This document shows, piece by piece, positions 39,117 through 48,155 of a stretch of DNA of 64,000 bases. Source of the stretch: Holophagales bacterium UBA5704. Lineage in GTDB: Bacteria; Acidobacteriota; Thermoanaerobaculia; Multivoradales; UBA5704. Both the position numbers and the translations under genes were made by a program. The stretch is taken from NCBI GenBank assembly GCA_002420005.1, contig DIHE01000171.1, forward strand, positions 17,088-81,087. The letters run 5' to 3'. Under the pieces are notes generated by a model that was not told the DNA's origin, made no database searches, and saw only the letters and a list, made by a program, of their open reading frames with translations. Every line of letters starts with the position of its first letter. The first letter of the stretch is position 1.

Positions 39117-40034
39117 ATGGCCGTGATGATCCTGCGCGCCGTCCGCCGTTGTCTGCTCCTCCTCGTCTGCTTGTTGGCCGCCGGGCCGTCCGCCGCCGTG
39201 GATCTCGTGGTCGAGGCGCCGTTGGAGCTCGCCCCGCTGGCGGCGCGGTTGCGGGCGCTCGATCCGGTGCAGCTGGAGGGGGCGGTGCGGCTCGTGGGGC
39301 TGGCCGAGGCCGGGCCGCCGATCCGGGTGCTGCTGGCCGGGGAGGGATCGCTGCAGGCGCTGTCCGCTCCGGCCTGGGTGGCGGGGTACGCGCTGCCGGA
39401 GCAAGGGGTGGTCGTCCTCTTCCCGCAGCGGGCGCCGCGCTATCCGGATGCCTCGATCGAGGACCTGCTGCGCCACGAGGTGGCGCACGTGCTGGTGGGG
39501 CGGGCGTCCGGCTTCCGGCCGTTGCCCCGCTGGTTCCACGAAGGCTCCGCGATGATCGCCGGTCTCTCCTGGAGCCTGGGGGAGCAGGCGCGCCTGGCGA
39601 ACGTCCTGGTGCGCGGCGGCGAGGTGCCCCTGGAGGATCTGGACCGGCGCTTCGGCGGCTCGGAAGGGGAGGTGCAGAGCGCCTACACCCTGGCTGGCGC
39701 TTTCGTCCGCGATCTCCTGCGCCGGCAGGGCCGCGAGGTCCTCGGCACCATCCTCGCCGGCGTCGCCTCCGGTCTGCCGTTCGAGAACGCCTTTGTCCGG
39801 GCGACCGGAACCACCCTCGCCGTCGCCGAGCAGACGTTCTGGGAGCGCCAGACCTTCTGGTACCGCTGGGTCCCGTTCCTCACCAGCTCCGTGGTGCTGT
39901 GGATCTTCATCACCCTCCTCGCCCTCTGGGCGATGCGGCGCCGCCGCCAACGCGACGCCGCACAGAAGGCCGCCTGGGAGGCGGAAGAGATCGCCCGCGC
40001 GCTCCGGGAGGAGAATCTGCCCGGGCCGATGTAG
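39117..40034 (+). CDS. peptidase MA-like zinc metalloprotease with C-terminal TM anchor
   Basis: ORF 38727-40034 trimmed to ATG 39117. Signal peptide. HEVAH (HExxH), downstream WFHEGSA. C-terminal TM. Confidence 0.6.
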   Translation: MAVMILRAVRRCLLLLVCLLAAGPSAAVDLVVEAPLELAPLAARLRALDPVQLEGAVRLVGLAEAGPPIRVLLAGEGSLQALSAPAWVAGYALPEQGVVVLFPQRAPRYPDASIEDLLRHEVAHVLVGRASGFRPLPRWFHEGSAMIAGLSWSLGEQARLANVLVRGGEVPLEDLDRRFGGSEGEVQSAYTLAGAFVRDLLRRQGREVLGTILAGVASGLPFENAFVRATGTTLAVAEQTFWERQTFWYRWVPFLTSSVVLWIFITLLALWAMRRRRQRDAAQKAAWEAEEIARALREENLPGPM

Positions 40035-40037
40035 GGC

Positions 40038-41042
40038 TTATGGGCAGGTGGCGAAGGCCGAGGTGTCCTGGATCGGCTGGAACGCCGTGCTCTGCGGGTT
40101 GGTATAGGTCCTGACGGCACCCGTCAGGGTGTCGGTGACGGTGATCACCGTCCGCACGTTGGTCAGGCCTCCGGCGAAGAGCCAATAGCGGTTGTTCAGC
40201 GAGCAGCCGTCGAGGACCTTGACGACCGCTTCCACGTTGGAGGCACTGAAGAACCAGAGATAGCCGGTCTCATCGGTGAGCTGGACCACCTGCGCCGAGC
40301 CGCTCGCTCCCGCCGGGGTCAGGAACGTGGCCGCGACCCGGAACCGGCCGCCGTTGAGACACAGGGCCGTGGAGGTCGGAGTGCAGTCCGCCGGGGAGCC
40401 GTTCTCCGGGTCGACGCGAATGCCCAGGGCGCGCGGGGGCGCGGAGGGGAACAGATTCGCCAGGCTGTTCCACGAAAGCCCCTCGTTGCCGCTGCCGAAG
40501 TTCGAGCGCTGCACCGTTGTACCGCTGCGGTCGCCGCAGAGGAGGATGTTGCCCCCCGGCCAGCGCGCGCCGACGTACACACCGGTGTCCGGAAGCACGA
40601 TGCCGGCGGCCGACAGGTTGACCGAATAGAACTGCGAGGAGCCGGCGACGGGGAGCGAAGAGGCGAAGGCCGGAACCGATCCGAGGAGGGTGCCCGGAGT
40701 GCCCCCGGGACCGTTGTCGTTGTACACCATGATCTCGAAGGCCATGGATGTCGGGCTGGATGCGTTCAGGCGGGAGAAGCAGACGCACGCCTGGTCGAGC
40801 GCCGCGGTACCCGGCGGCAGGTCGAATTTCATCACCATCGTGGAGTCGCCGGGATCGCCGTTGCCGATGCTGTAAAAGTCGTTCAAGCCCCCGTCATCGT
40901 AGACCACGCCCGCGCTGCACTGCGGGCTCACCGATTTTCCCTCGGACGTCCCGAAGTGATGGACGGTCTCGCCCCACTGCGCTGCCGCCGGCACGCCCCC
41001 GAGGGCCAAGACCATCAGGGTTGCGATGCAATATCTGAGCAT
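40038..41042 (-). CDS. secreted hypothetical protein with a Cys-bracketed C-terminal beta module
   Basis: SD AAGGAGG. Signal peptide. C-terminal LCLNGGRFRVAATF...GYLWFFSASNVEAVVKVLDGCSLNNRYWLFAGGLTNV...DTSAFATCP. Confidence 0.55.
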   Translation of the reverse strand: MLRYCIATLMVLALGGVPAAAQWGETVHHFGTSEGKSVSPQCSAGVVYDDGGLNDFYSIGNGDPGDSTMVMKFDLPPGTAALDQACVCFSRLNASSPTSMAFEIMVYNDNGPGGTPGTLLGSVPAFASSLPVAGSSQFYSVNLSAAGIVLPDTGVYVGARWPGGNILLCGDRSGTTVQRSNFGSGNEGLSWNSLANLFPSAPPRALGIRVDPENGSPADCTPTSTALCLNGGRFRVAATFLTPAGASGSAQVVQLTDETGYLWFFSASNVEAVVKVLDGCSLNNRYWLFAGGLTNVRTVITVTDTLTGAVRTYTNPQSTAFQPIQDTSAFATCP

Positions 41043-41059
41043 TGTTGCCTCCTTTGCGT

Positions 41060-41075
41060 TGTGAGTCTGTTCACA
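41060..41075. promoter_or_regulatory. perfect CRP/FNR-family type palindrome TGTGA-N6-TCACA
   Basis: TGTGAgtctgtTCACA in the divergent intergenic region, 18 nt from ATG 41042 and about 110 nt from ATG 41184. Confidence 0.4.
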
Positions 41076-41171
41076 AACTGAAGCGTAGTCCTCCCGACCC
41101 TGAAGCGGCAGCGCATTTCCTACGGGGGAGGGAGGCCTGGAGTCGAGTAGGAATTACCCGGCCGGGCGGCG

Positions 41172-41177
41172 TACTCT
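41172..41177 (+). promoter_or_regulatory. -10-like hexamer TACTCT, 6 nt before ATG 41184
   Basis: gcgTACTCTtctgcaATG. No SD. The weakest of the series. Confidence 0.3.
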
Positions 41178-41183
41178 TCTGCA

Positions 41184-42578
41184 ATGCGTCGATGTCTCCT
41201 CTTCCTCGTCGCCGTCCTTCTCGCCGCCCCCCTCGGAGCCCTGCCGCCGGACGAGGGGCACGCTTTGATCCGCACCCTCATGACCGGCAAGCCCGGCGAG
41301 AAGACCTCCGCGGCGAAGAAGCTGACGGCGGCGAAGGACTTGTCCCTGGTGCCGGCGATGGTGGACGCCCTCTTCTTCACGCCCTCGGCGCAGCGCGAGC
41401 CGCTGCTCCAGGTGCTGCGGACGCTCACCGGTGAGGATCCCGGGTCCCGCTACTACGATTGGGTGGAGCTGGTGGGGCGGCGGAGCGACTTGCGCGGCGG
41501 TGCGGGGTACCTCGAATGGAAGGCCTCGCTCCTGGTGAAGATCGATCCGGGTTACCGCAAGATCTTCACCTCCGGCTTCCCGCCGCGCATCGCGGTTGAG
41601 GAGATCGTCTGGGGCGGCGTCCCCATCGACGGCATCCCCGCGCTCGAAGAGCCGCCGCGCGTCGCCGCCGCGGAGGGAGGCTTTCTCTCCGACGAAGAGA
41701 AGGTGTTCGGGGTGGCGGCGGGCGGCGCGCATCATGCCTGGCCGGTGCGCTACCTGAGCTGGCACGAGATGGTGAACGACACCGTGGGCGCCGAGCCGCT
41801 GACGCTCTCCTACTGCACGCTGTGCGGCACCGCGATCGCTGTCTCCGGCCGTTCGCCGGCCGGCGGGCGCTGGACGTTCGGCACCTCCGGGCTGCTCTAT
41901 CGCTCCAACAAGCTGATGATCGACCGGCAGACCGGGACGCTGTGGAACCAGCTCACCGGCGAGCCGGTCCTCGGTCCTCTGACGGAGAAACCGGTGCGCC
42001 TCGAACCGGTCGCGGTGACCGTGACCACCTGGGGGGCCTGGCGCCGCGCGCATCCGGACACGACGGTGACGCAGCTCGATGCCTCCTTCGGTGCCAGCTG
42101 GGGGTACGACTACCGCCCCGGAGCCGCCGACCAGAGGCGGCGCGGCGTCTCGTTTCCCGTCTGGCAGAAGAGCCGCGCGCTCCCCGCCCAGGAAGAAATC
42201 TACGGTCTGCGCCTGGGGGCGAAGACCAAAGCCTGGCCCCTCGCGGCCCTTCTGCGCGACCGTCTCGTCCACGACCGCCTCGGCGACGTCGACCTCCTGC
42301 TCGTCGGCGACCCCGCGAGCGGTGCCGTGCGGGTCTACCGCCGCGACGGCAGGACTTTTCAGGCCGGTGCTGCACCCGCAGAGCTACGGGACGAAACCGG
42401 CCGCACCTGGGCGCTCACCGAGGAGCAGCTCGTCCCGGCAGGAGAGGGCACCGCCCCGCTGCCGCGCCTTCCGGGCGTCGTGGCGTTCTGGTTCGGCTGG
42501 TACGGGTTCCATCCGGAGACGGAGGTGGGCACTTCGGCAGGTGCAGCCCTCGGTGGTGCAGCACCCGCTCTCCGTTGA
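41184..42578 (+). CDS. DUF3179-domain secreted protein
   Basis: Signal peptide. SYCTLCGT and FGTSGLLYRSNKLMIDRQTGTLWNQ are typical of DUF3179. Confidence 0.65.
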   Translation: MRRCLLFLVAVLLAAPLGALPPDEGHALIRTLMTGKPGEKTSAAKKLTAAKDLSLVPAMVDALFFTPSAQREPLLQVLRTLTGEDPGSRYYDWVELVGRRSDLRGGAGYLEWKASLLVKIDPGYRKIFTSGFPPRIAVEEIVWGGVPIDGIPALEEPPRVAAAEGGFLSDEEKVFGVAAGGAHHAWPVRYLSWHEMVNDTVGAEPLTLSYCTLCGTAIAVSGRSPAGGRWTFGTSGLLYRSNKLMIDRQTGTLWNQLTGEPVLGPLTEKPVRLEPVAVTVTTWGAWRRAHPDTTVTQLDASFGASWGYDYRPGAADQRRRGVSFPVWQKSRALPAQEEIYGLRLGAKTKAWPLAALLRDRLVHDRLGDVDLLLVGDPASGAVRVYRRDGRTFQAGAAPAELRDETGRTWALTEEQLVPAGEGTAPLPRLPGVVAFWFGWYGFHPETEVGTSAGAALGGAAPALR

Positions 42579-42619
42579 GCGATGCCCGCACCTCCGGTAG
42601 GTGCCGCCACCCCCTCGGC

Positions 42620-44398
42620 TCAGAAGCTCCAGATCCGTGGGATGAGCAGCGTCGCGAGCAGCCAGAACAAGAGATTGAGCGGCGTCCCGACCCGCAGGAA
42701 GTCGGTGAATCGGTAGTGCCCCGGGCCGTAGATCAAGGTGTTCGTCTGATACCCAACCGGCGTCATGAAGCTGGCCGAGGCGGCGAAGGTGACGGCCATG
42801 AGGAACGGCCGCGGATCGACGTCGAGCGCAGCGGCCGTGGTGATGGCGATCGGTGCGAGGAGCGCCGCCGTCGCGTTGTTCGACATCGTTTCGGTCAGCA
42901 GCGAGGTGAGCAGATAGAACACCGAGACCAGGGCCACCGGACCCCAGGCGCCGATGCTGCCGACCAGCCAGGACGTCAACAACCGGGCCGCGCCGCTGGT
43001 TTCCAGGGCGATTCCCAGCGGCAGGATGCCGCCGAGCAGAAAGACGACCCGCCACTCGATGGCGTGATAGGCCTCGTCCAGGGTGATGCACCGGGTGAGC
43101 ACGAGCAGCACCGAGCCGAGGATGGCGCTGCCGACGATGGGCAGGAGCCCCACGGTCGCGGTGATCACGACGCCGGCCACGATCGCCAAGGCGAGCGCGA
43201 GCTTGCCGCGCCGTGGCTCCTCGCGGTCGATCTCGGACACGATCACAAAATCGGGAATGCGTTTGAGCGGCGCGATCCGGTCGCGGCGAACCTCGACGAG
43301 CAACACGTCTCCGGCGTGCAGGCGGGTCGTCCCCAACCTCTCCCGCATCAGCTCGCCACGTTGGCGGATGGCCAGGGCGGTGCCGCCATAGAGCTGCCGG
43401 AAGCCGGCCTCCTTGATCGTCTTTCCTTCGAGGGCCGAGCCCGGCGTGACCACCACCTCCAGCAGCGCGGCGGCGGCGGCCTGGAGGTCCTCATCGCGCC
43501 ATTTGAGACCCGCTTTGAGGGCGATCCCCTCCTGTGCCTCGGCGCGGCGGATCTTCTCGACGTCGCAACGGACCCGCAGCAGATCGCCCGCCGCGAGGAT
43601 CGTTGCGGCACCGGGGACTTCCGCCGGCCGTCCTTCGCGTTCGATCTGGAGCACGTCGAGGTCCAGGTCGCGGACCAGCGGCGACTCCCGCAGGGGCCGG
43701 CCCACGGAAGGAGAGCCGGGCAGCACGAGGACCTCGGTGACGTAGTCCCCCATGCCGTAGGACTGGGCGAGATCCGCGCCGGAGCGGCGATCCGGCAGGA
43801 GGCGGACCCCCACGGTCAACAAATAGAGACCGCCCGCGGCGAACAGCACGAGGCCCAGCGGGGCGAGCTCGAACATCCCGAACGGCGCCAGCCCATGCCG
43901 TTCGGCGATCGAGCTGACCAGGATGTTCGTGGAGGTGCCGATGAGCGTGCAGGAGCCGCCGAACAGCGACGAGAACGAGAGCGGAATCAGCAGCTTCGAG
44001 GCGCTGATCCCGGTCTCGCGGGACAGCCCGAGAACGATCGGCAGGAAGATCGCCACCGCCGCCGTGTTGTTGATGAACGCCGAGACGGCGCCGGTGAGGG
44101 CCATGAGTGCCAGGAGCGTCGGCAGCAGCCCGAAACGGCCGGCTGCCGCGAGCCGCCGGCCGAGCAGGGCCACCGCGCCCGTGCGCGCCAGGCCGGCGCT
44201 CAGCACGAACATGGTGGCCACGGTGACCGTGGCCGGATTGCTGAATCCCGAGATCGCCTCCTCGGGGGTGAGGAGCCGGCTGGCGAGGAGGGCCGACAAG
44301 ACCGCCAGGGCCACCAGATCCACCGGCAGGCGCTCCGTCGCGAAGCAGACGACCGCTGCGGCCAGGATGGTGAGGACGAAGGCGATCTCGAACGTCAT
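42620..44398 (-). CDS. SLC13/DASS-family permease with two internal TrkA-C domains
   Basis: 592 aa. N- and C-terminal transporter halves flank two TrkA-C-like repeats ([14 protein letters not shown]..., [16 protein letters not shown]...). Confidence 0.8.
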   Translation of the reverse strand: MTFEIAFVLTILAAAVVCFATERLPVDLVALAVLSALLASRLLTPEEAISGFSNPATVTVATMFVLSAGLARTGAVALLGRRLAAAGRFGLLPTLLALMALTGAVSAFINNTAAVAIFLPIVLGLSRETGISASKLLIPLSFSSLFGGSCTLIGTSTNILVSSIAERHGLAPFGMFELAPLGLVLFAAGGLYLLTVGVRLLPDRRSGADLAQSYGMGDYVTEVLVLPGSPSVGRPLRESPLVRDLDLDVLQIEREGRPAEVPGAATILAAGDLLRVRCDVEKIRRAEAQEGIALKAGLKWRDEDLQAAAAALLEVVVTPGSALEGKTIKEAGFRQLYGGTALAIRQRGELMRERLGTTRLHAGDVLLVEVRRDRIAPLKRIPDFVIVSEIDREEPRRGKLALALAIVAGVVITATVGLLPIVGSAILGSVLLVLTRCITLDEAYHAIEWRVVFLLGGILPLGIALETSGAARLLTSWLVGSIGAWGPVALVSVFYLLTSLLTETMSNNATAALLAPIAITTAAALDVDPRPFLMAVTFAASASFMTPVGYQTNTLIYGPGHYRFTDFLRVGTPLNLLFWLLATLLIPRIWSF

Positions 44399-44412
44399 GG
44401 CTCCGCCCGGTC

Positions 44413-45855
44413 CTACAGCAGGCGGAACATGACGACCGCGACCAGGGTGGGGAGCAGGGCCGCCAGGAGCAGCTTGAGCGGCTGGATGCCGCCGAAGAAG
44501 CGGCCCAGGAGGGCCTGGCCGGCCGGGTTGGGGGCGTTGGCGATCACCGTCAGGCCGCCGCCGGTGACGGCTCCTTCCACGATGGCGATCTTGAGCGGCT
44601 CGTCGAGGTCGGGGACGAGCGTCGCGAGATACGTGATGAGCGCGTTGTCATTGAACGCCGTGAGGAGCGTCGCACCGAAAAACAGAGGCGTCTCCGCAAG
44701 GCTGGCGAGTACCGGCGCGATCCACCAGGCCTGCAAGCCCCCGTGGATCACCAGCCCGCCCAGAAAGAAACCCACCAGCAGCGGGGCCTTGAGCTCGATC
44801 TGGCTTTGATAAGGCGTGGTGGCCCGCACCAGGCCGAGGAAGAAGAGAAAGCCCCCGACGAAGAGAGCGGGATGGTGGGCATTGATCACTGTCCAGGCCA
44901 CGAAAAAGAGATGGATGGCGGTCAGCCAGAAGGGCACCGGCAGGAGCTGCGGGGCGCTTCCGTCGTCGGGGATCTCCGGCTGCTCGATGTCCGGCGCCGG
45001 TGCCTTCTGGGCGAGCTGTCGCAGCTCGCGCCGGAAGATCAACCCATAGATCACGGTGGCCCCGACCACGGCGAGCGCTGCGCGCCAGCCGAAATGGCCG
45101 AGCATGAACGGTGTGTCCCAACCCCACGGGCGGGCGACCATCAACACCGGGGGCGCGGCAAAATGTGTCAACGTGCCGCCGATCGAAACGTTGACGAACA
45201 GCAGCCCGAGCGTTGCGTACTTGAGGCGCGGGCTCGGATCGAGATCGTAGAACTGCCGCGCGAGGAGAAGCGCGCAGATGGTCATCGCGGCGGGCTCGGT
45301 GATGAACGAGCCGAACAGGGGGCCGATGGTCAGGATCACGAACCACCAAGCCCCCGGAGTGCCCTTCCCGAGGTTCGCCAGGCGTTGCAGCGCCCGCTCG
45401 GCGAAGACGATCACCGGCCGCGTCGAGGCGATCGCCATGATCACGACCACGAACAGAGGCTCCGTATAGATCACCGTGTCGTTCAGGTAGTGCGTCGCCG
45501 TGGACCAGCCGACCCAGAGGACCATGACGATGAGGAGGGGGATCGCCCAGAGCCCGAAGACGACCTCGATCTCGCCCAGGAAATGGAGGAGCTCGGCGAG
45601 AACGCTGGGCCGGGACGGCCGGCCCAGGGCGGCGGCGCGGTGGTCGGCGCGATGCTGGACGTTATGGGAGAGCTTGGCGAACCAGGCCGCCGAGAAGGTG
45701 TGGAGGATCGCCAGAACGAAGATCGCCGTCGCCACGGCGTTGAACGGATTCACCGCGATGCGTTCGCCCAGGGTCTCCAGGAGGCCCCCGGGCACCGGTG
45801 GATAGGCGTCCAGGGGGGTGGGGAAGGGGGGCAGGGTGGCCGCGGTGGTCGACAT
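44413..45855 (-). CDS. putative Na+/H+ antiporter-like membrane protein (DUF1504-like)
   Basis: 3' part of ORF 44413-47298 from ATG 45855 ([12 protein letters not shown]...). About 11 TMs. 14 nt upstream of the SLC13 gene. Confidence 0.55.
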   Translation of the reverse strand: MSTTAATLPPFPTPLDAYPPVPGGLLETLGERIAVNPFNAVATAIFVLAILHTFSAAWFAKLSHNVQHRADHRAAALGRPSRPSVLAELLHFLGEIEVVFGLWAIPLLIVMVLWVGWSTATHYLNDTVIYTEPLFVVVIMAIASTRPVIVFAERALQRLANLGKGTPGAWWFVILTIGPLFGSFITEPAAMTICALLLARQFYDLDPSPRLKYATLGLLFVNVSIGGTLTHFAAPPVLMVARPWGWDTPFMLGHFGWRAALAVVGATVIYGLIFRRELRQLAQKAPAPDIEQPEIPDDGSAPQLLPVPFWLTAIHLFFVAWTVINAHHPALFVGGFLFFLGLVRATTPYQSQIELKAPLLVGFFLGGLVIHGGLQAWWIAPVLASLAETPLFFGATLLTAFNDNALITYLATLVPDLDEPLKIAIVEGAVTGGGLTVIANAPNPAGQALLGRFFGGIQPLKLLLAALLPTLVAVVMFRLL

Positions 45856-45861
45856 CCAGGG

Positions 45862-45867
45862 ACCATA
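45862..45867 (-). promoter_or_regulatory. -10-like hexamer TATGGT, 6 nt before ATG 45855
   Basis: Minus strand reads cgCTATGGTccctggATG. No SD. Confidence 0.45.
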
Positions 45868-45879
45868 GCGGAGACGCCG

Positions 45880-45904
45880 CCTCCGCGGCAAGCGCGGAGG
45901 TTTT
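45880..45904 (+). other. perfect 8-bp hairpin CCTCCGCG-gcaag-CGCGGAGG followed by TTTT (terminator-like, or a protein-binding palindrome)
   Basis: Textbook intrinsic-terminator shape on the plus strand, but no plus-strand gene ends here. It lies about 50 nt upstream of the sigma-54 promoter at 45942. Confidence 0.4.
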
Positions 45905-45941
45905 CCTCCGTCCTCTTGGAATCGGGGCCGGGATCCCTGAG

Positions 45942-45957
45942 TGGCAGGCAAATTGCA
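45942..45957 (+). promoter_or_regulatory. sigma-54 (-24/-12) promoter TGGCAG-gcaaa-TTGCA
   Basis: GG-N10-GC spacing is exact. Five of six -24 positions and all -12 TTGCA positions match the TGGCAC-N5-TTGCA consensus. It lies about 200 nt upstream of ATG 46157. Confidence 0.6.
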
Positions 45958-46156
45958 AAGGAGCAAAGGGAAGGGACACAGAAGGTCGCTTCCTGAAGGG
46001 GGGAAACGATGCAGAGCGGTCGAGGTTCGAGACGGCGCTGAGCGTGCCAGAGTGGCGGATCGCGCGTTATCTGTCGAGGCCGGGGACCAAGCCTTCGCTT
46101 GCAGCTTCCAAGGAACCCAGCGGGCCCGGCGGCTCGTTGCAGAGAGAGGGGGAACC

Positions 46157-48031
46157 ATGAGCCATTCCGCCTTCGCCGATCCCGCGCTGACCGTGGCACT
46201 CGCCTTGGCCGCGGGCATGCTCGCACAGGCCCTGGCGCGCCATTTGCGAATCCCGGGCATCGTGCTGCTCCTGGGCATGGGTGTCCTGCTGGGGCCGGAC
46301 GGCCTGAACGTCGTGCGCCCGGGCGCCCTCGGCGACTCGCTGCACACCCTGGTCGGCTTTTCCGTCGCGGTGATTCTGTTCGAAGGCGGGATGAACCTGA
46401 AGTGGTCCCGGATGCGGAGGGAGGCGCGGAGCATCCGCCAGCTCGTCACTCTCGGCGCCCTGGTCACGGCCGTCGGCGGCACCCTGGCCGCGGGGCTCCT
46501 TCTGCACTGGGACTGGGTGCTGTCCCTCCTCTTCGGCACACTGGTCATGGTCACCGGCCCGACGGTGATCAATCCGTTGTTGCGCCGCATCAAGGTCAAG
46601 GAGAGGGTGGCGACCGTGCTCGAGGCAGAGGGCATTCTGGTCGACGCCATCGGTGCCATCGTGGCCGTCGTCACCCTGGAGGTCGTGCTCAGCCCGGCGC
46701 CCCTGTCCCTCACCGGGGGAGCCTGGCATCTGGTGTCCCGCCTCGCCTTCGGCGTGGTGTTCGGGGCGGTCGGCGGCTTGCTTCTCGCCGGGCTCCTGCG
46801 CGGCGAGCGCGTGGTACCGGAGGGACTGGCGAGCGTCTTCACTCTCGCTTTCGTCGTCGCCCTGTACCAGGTGAGCAACGCCATCGTGCCGGAGACCGGC
46901 ATCCTCGGCGTGATCCTCGCCGGTATCGTCGTGGGCAACTCTCCGTCCCAGGCGTTGGGGGATCTCCGGGAGTTCAAGGAGCAGCTCACCATCCTGCTGC
47001 TGGGGCTGCTCTTCGTCCTGCTCGCGGCGGACGTGCGGCTGCAAGAGGTGCGTGCCCTGGGCTGGGCCGGCCTCGCAACGGTGCTCGCCCTCATGCTGCT
47101 GGTCCGGCCGCTCAACATCCTGGCGGGGACCATGGGCTCGGACCTGACCTGGCGCGAGAAGGTCTTCCTCTCCTGGCTGGCGCCGCGCGGCATCGTGGCG
47201 GCGGCGGTCTCGGCGCTGTTCGCCCAGAGCCTGGACGAGGCGGGGCGTCCGGGAGGCGCCGAGCTGCGCGCGCTGGTCTTCCTGGTGATCGCGGTCACCG
47301 TGGTGGTCCAGGGGCTTTCCGGCGGCCCGGTGGCCTCCTGGCTCGGACTGCGCCGCCGATCCGATCACGGCTTCGTCCTGCTCGGGGCCAATCCCATCGC
47401 GCGGGCGGTGGGGAAGGCGTTGGGGGATGCGGGAGAGGAGGTCGTGCTGATCGACTCCAACCCGGACGCCTGCCGTGCGGCCGAGAATGAGGGCTTCCGC
47501 GTGCTCCATGGCAGCGGTCTCGATCCCGGCATCCATCTGAAAGCCGCCCTCGACACGCGGGCCGGCTGCCTCGGAGTCACCTCCAACGAGGAGGTCAACC
47601 TGCTGTTTGCCCGGCGCGCCCGCAAGGATTTCAAAGTTCCGCGCGTCTGGGCGGCGGTACGCCGTGGCCATGTCGGGGTGAGCGAAGACGTCGTGAGGAG
47701 CTCCGGTGGCCACCTGCTGTTCGGCGGGCCGGTCGGGCTCCTCGCCTGGATCCGCCGCGTGGAGCGCAACGAAGCCGTCGTCGAGGTCTGGCGGTTCGAG
47801 GGGCCGGCGGGAACGGATGCCGGCCTGCTGGCGCCGTCCATCGACAGCGTCCTGCCTTTGGCCGTGGTGCGCGGCAAGAAAGTCTTTCCGATGGACGAGA
47901 CCGTGACGTTCCGTCGGGGTGACCGGCTGTGTGCCGCCGTCAGCTCCGAGGCCCGGCGGGCAGCGCGGGAACACCTGCTCGAGGCCGGTTGGCAGCCCGA
48001 GGTGCCACTGGAAGGACCGGGAGCCGGTTGA
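46157..48031 (+). CDS. CPA1-type cation/proton antiporter with C-terminal TrkA-N/TrkA-C (RCK) domains
   Basis: ORF 45941-48031 trimmed to ATG 46157 (GAGGGGG upstream). FEGGMNL, PTVINPLL, and RCK part FVLLGANPIARAVGKAL. Confidence 0.8.
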   Translation: MSHSAFADPALTVALALAAGMLAQALARHLRIPGIVLLLGMGVLLGPDGLNVVRPGALGDSLHTLVGFSVAVILFEGGMNLKWSRMRREARSIRQLVTLGALVTAVGGTLAAGLLLHWDWVLSLLFGTLVMVTGPTVINPLLRRIKVKERVATVLEAEGILVDAIGAIVAVVTLEVVLSPAPLSLTGGAWHLVSRLAFGVVFGAVGGLLLAGLLRGERVVPEGLASVFTLAFVVALYQVSNAIVPETGILGVILAGIVVGNSPSQALGDLREFKEQLTILLLGLLFVLLAADVRLQEVRALGWAGLATVLALMLLVRPLNILAGTMGSDLTWREKVFLSWLAPRGIVAAAVSALFAQSLDEAGRPGGAELRALVFLVIAVTVVVQGLSGGPVASWLGLRRRSDHGFVLLGANPIARAVGKALGDAGEEVVLIDSNPDACRAAENEGFRVLHGSGLDPGIHLKAALDTRAGCLGVTSNEEVNLLFARRARKDFKVPRVWAAVRRGHVGVSEDVVRSSGGHLLFGGPVGLLAWIRRVERNEAVVEVWRFEGPAGTDAGLLAPSIDSVLPLAVVRGKKVFPMDETVTFRRGDRLCAAVSSEARRAAREHLLEAGWQPEVPLEGPGAG

Positions 48032-48099
48032 CGCGGGTGGCCCTTGGCCGGCGGGCCGCGGGGACCACGGGGGCTGGCAAACCGAGGAGAGGAGGAGGG

Positions 48100-48132
48100 A
48101 AAAAAGCGCTCCCTCCGGACGGCGGAGGGAGC
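48100..48132 (-). terminator. rho-independent terminator after the protease operon
   Basis: Minus strand: GCTCCCTCC-7 nt-GGAGGGAGC (9-bp perfect stem) followed by gcTTTTTT. Confidence 0.75.
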
Positions 48133-48155
48133 GGAACGAAAGAAGGCCGGCCGGC

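Noticed and set aside
46009-46041. 10-codon upstream ORF (MQSGRGSRRR*) in the antiporter leader
   Set aside because: It is too short and too Arg/Gly-rich to distinguish from chance. I mention it only as part of the long-leader observation.
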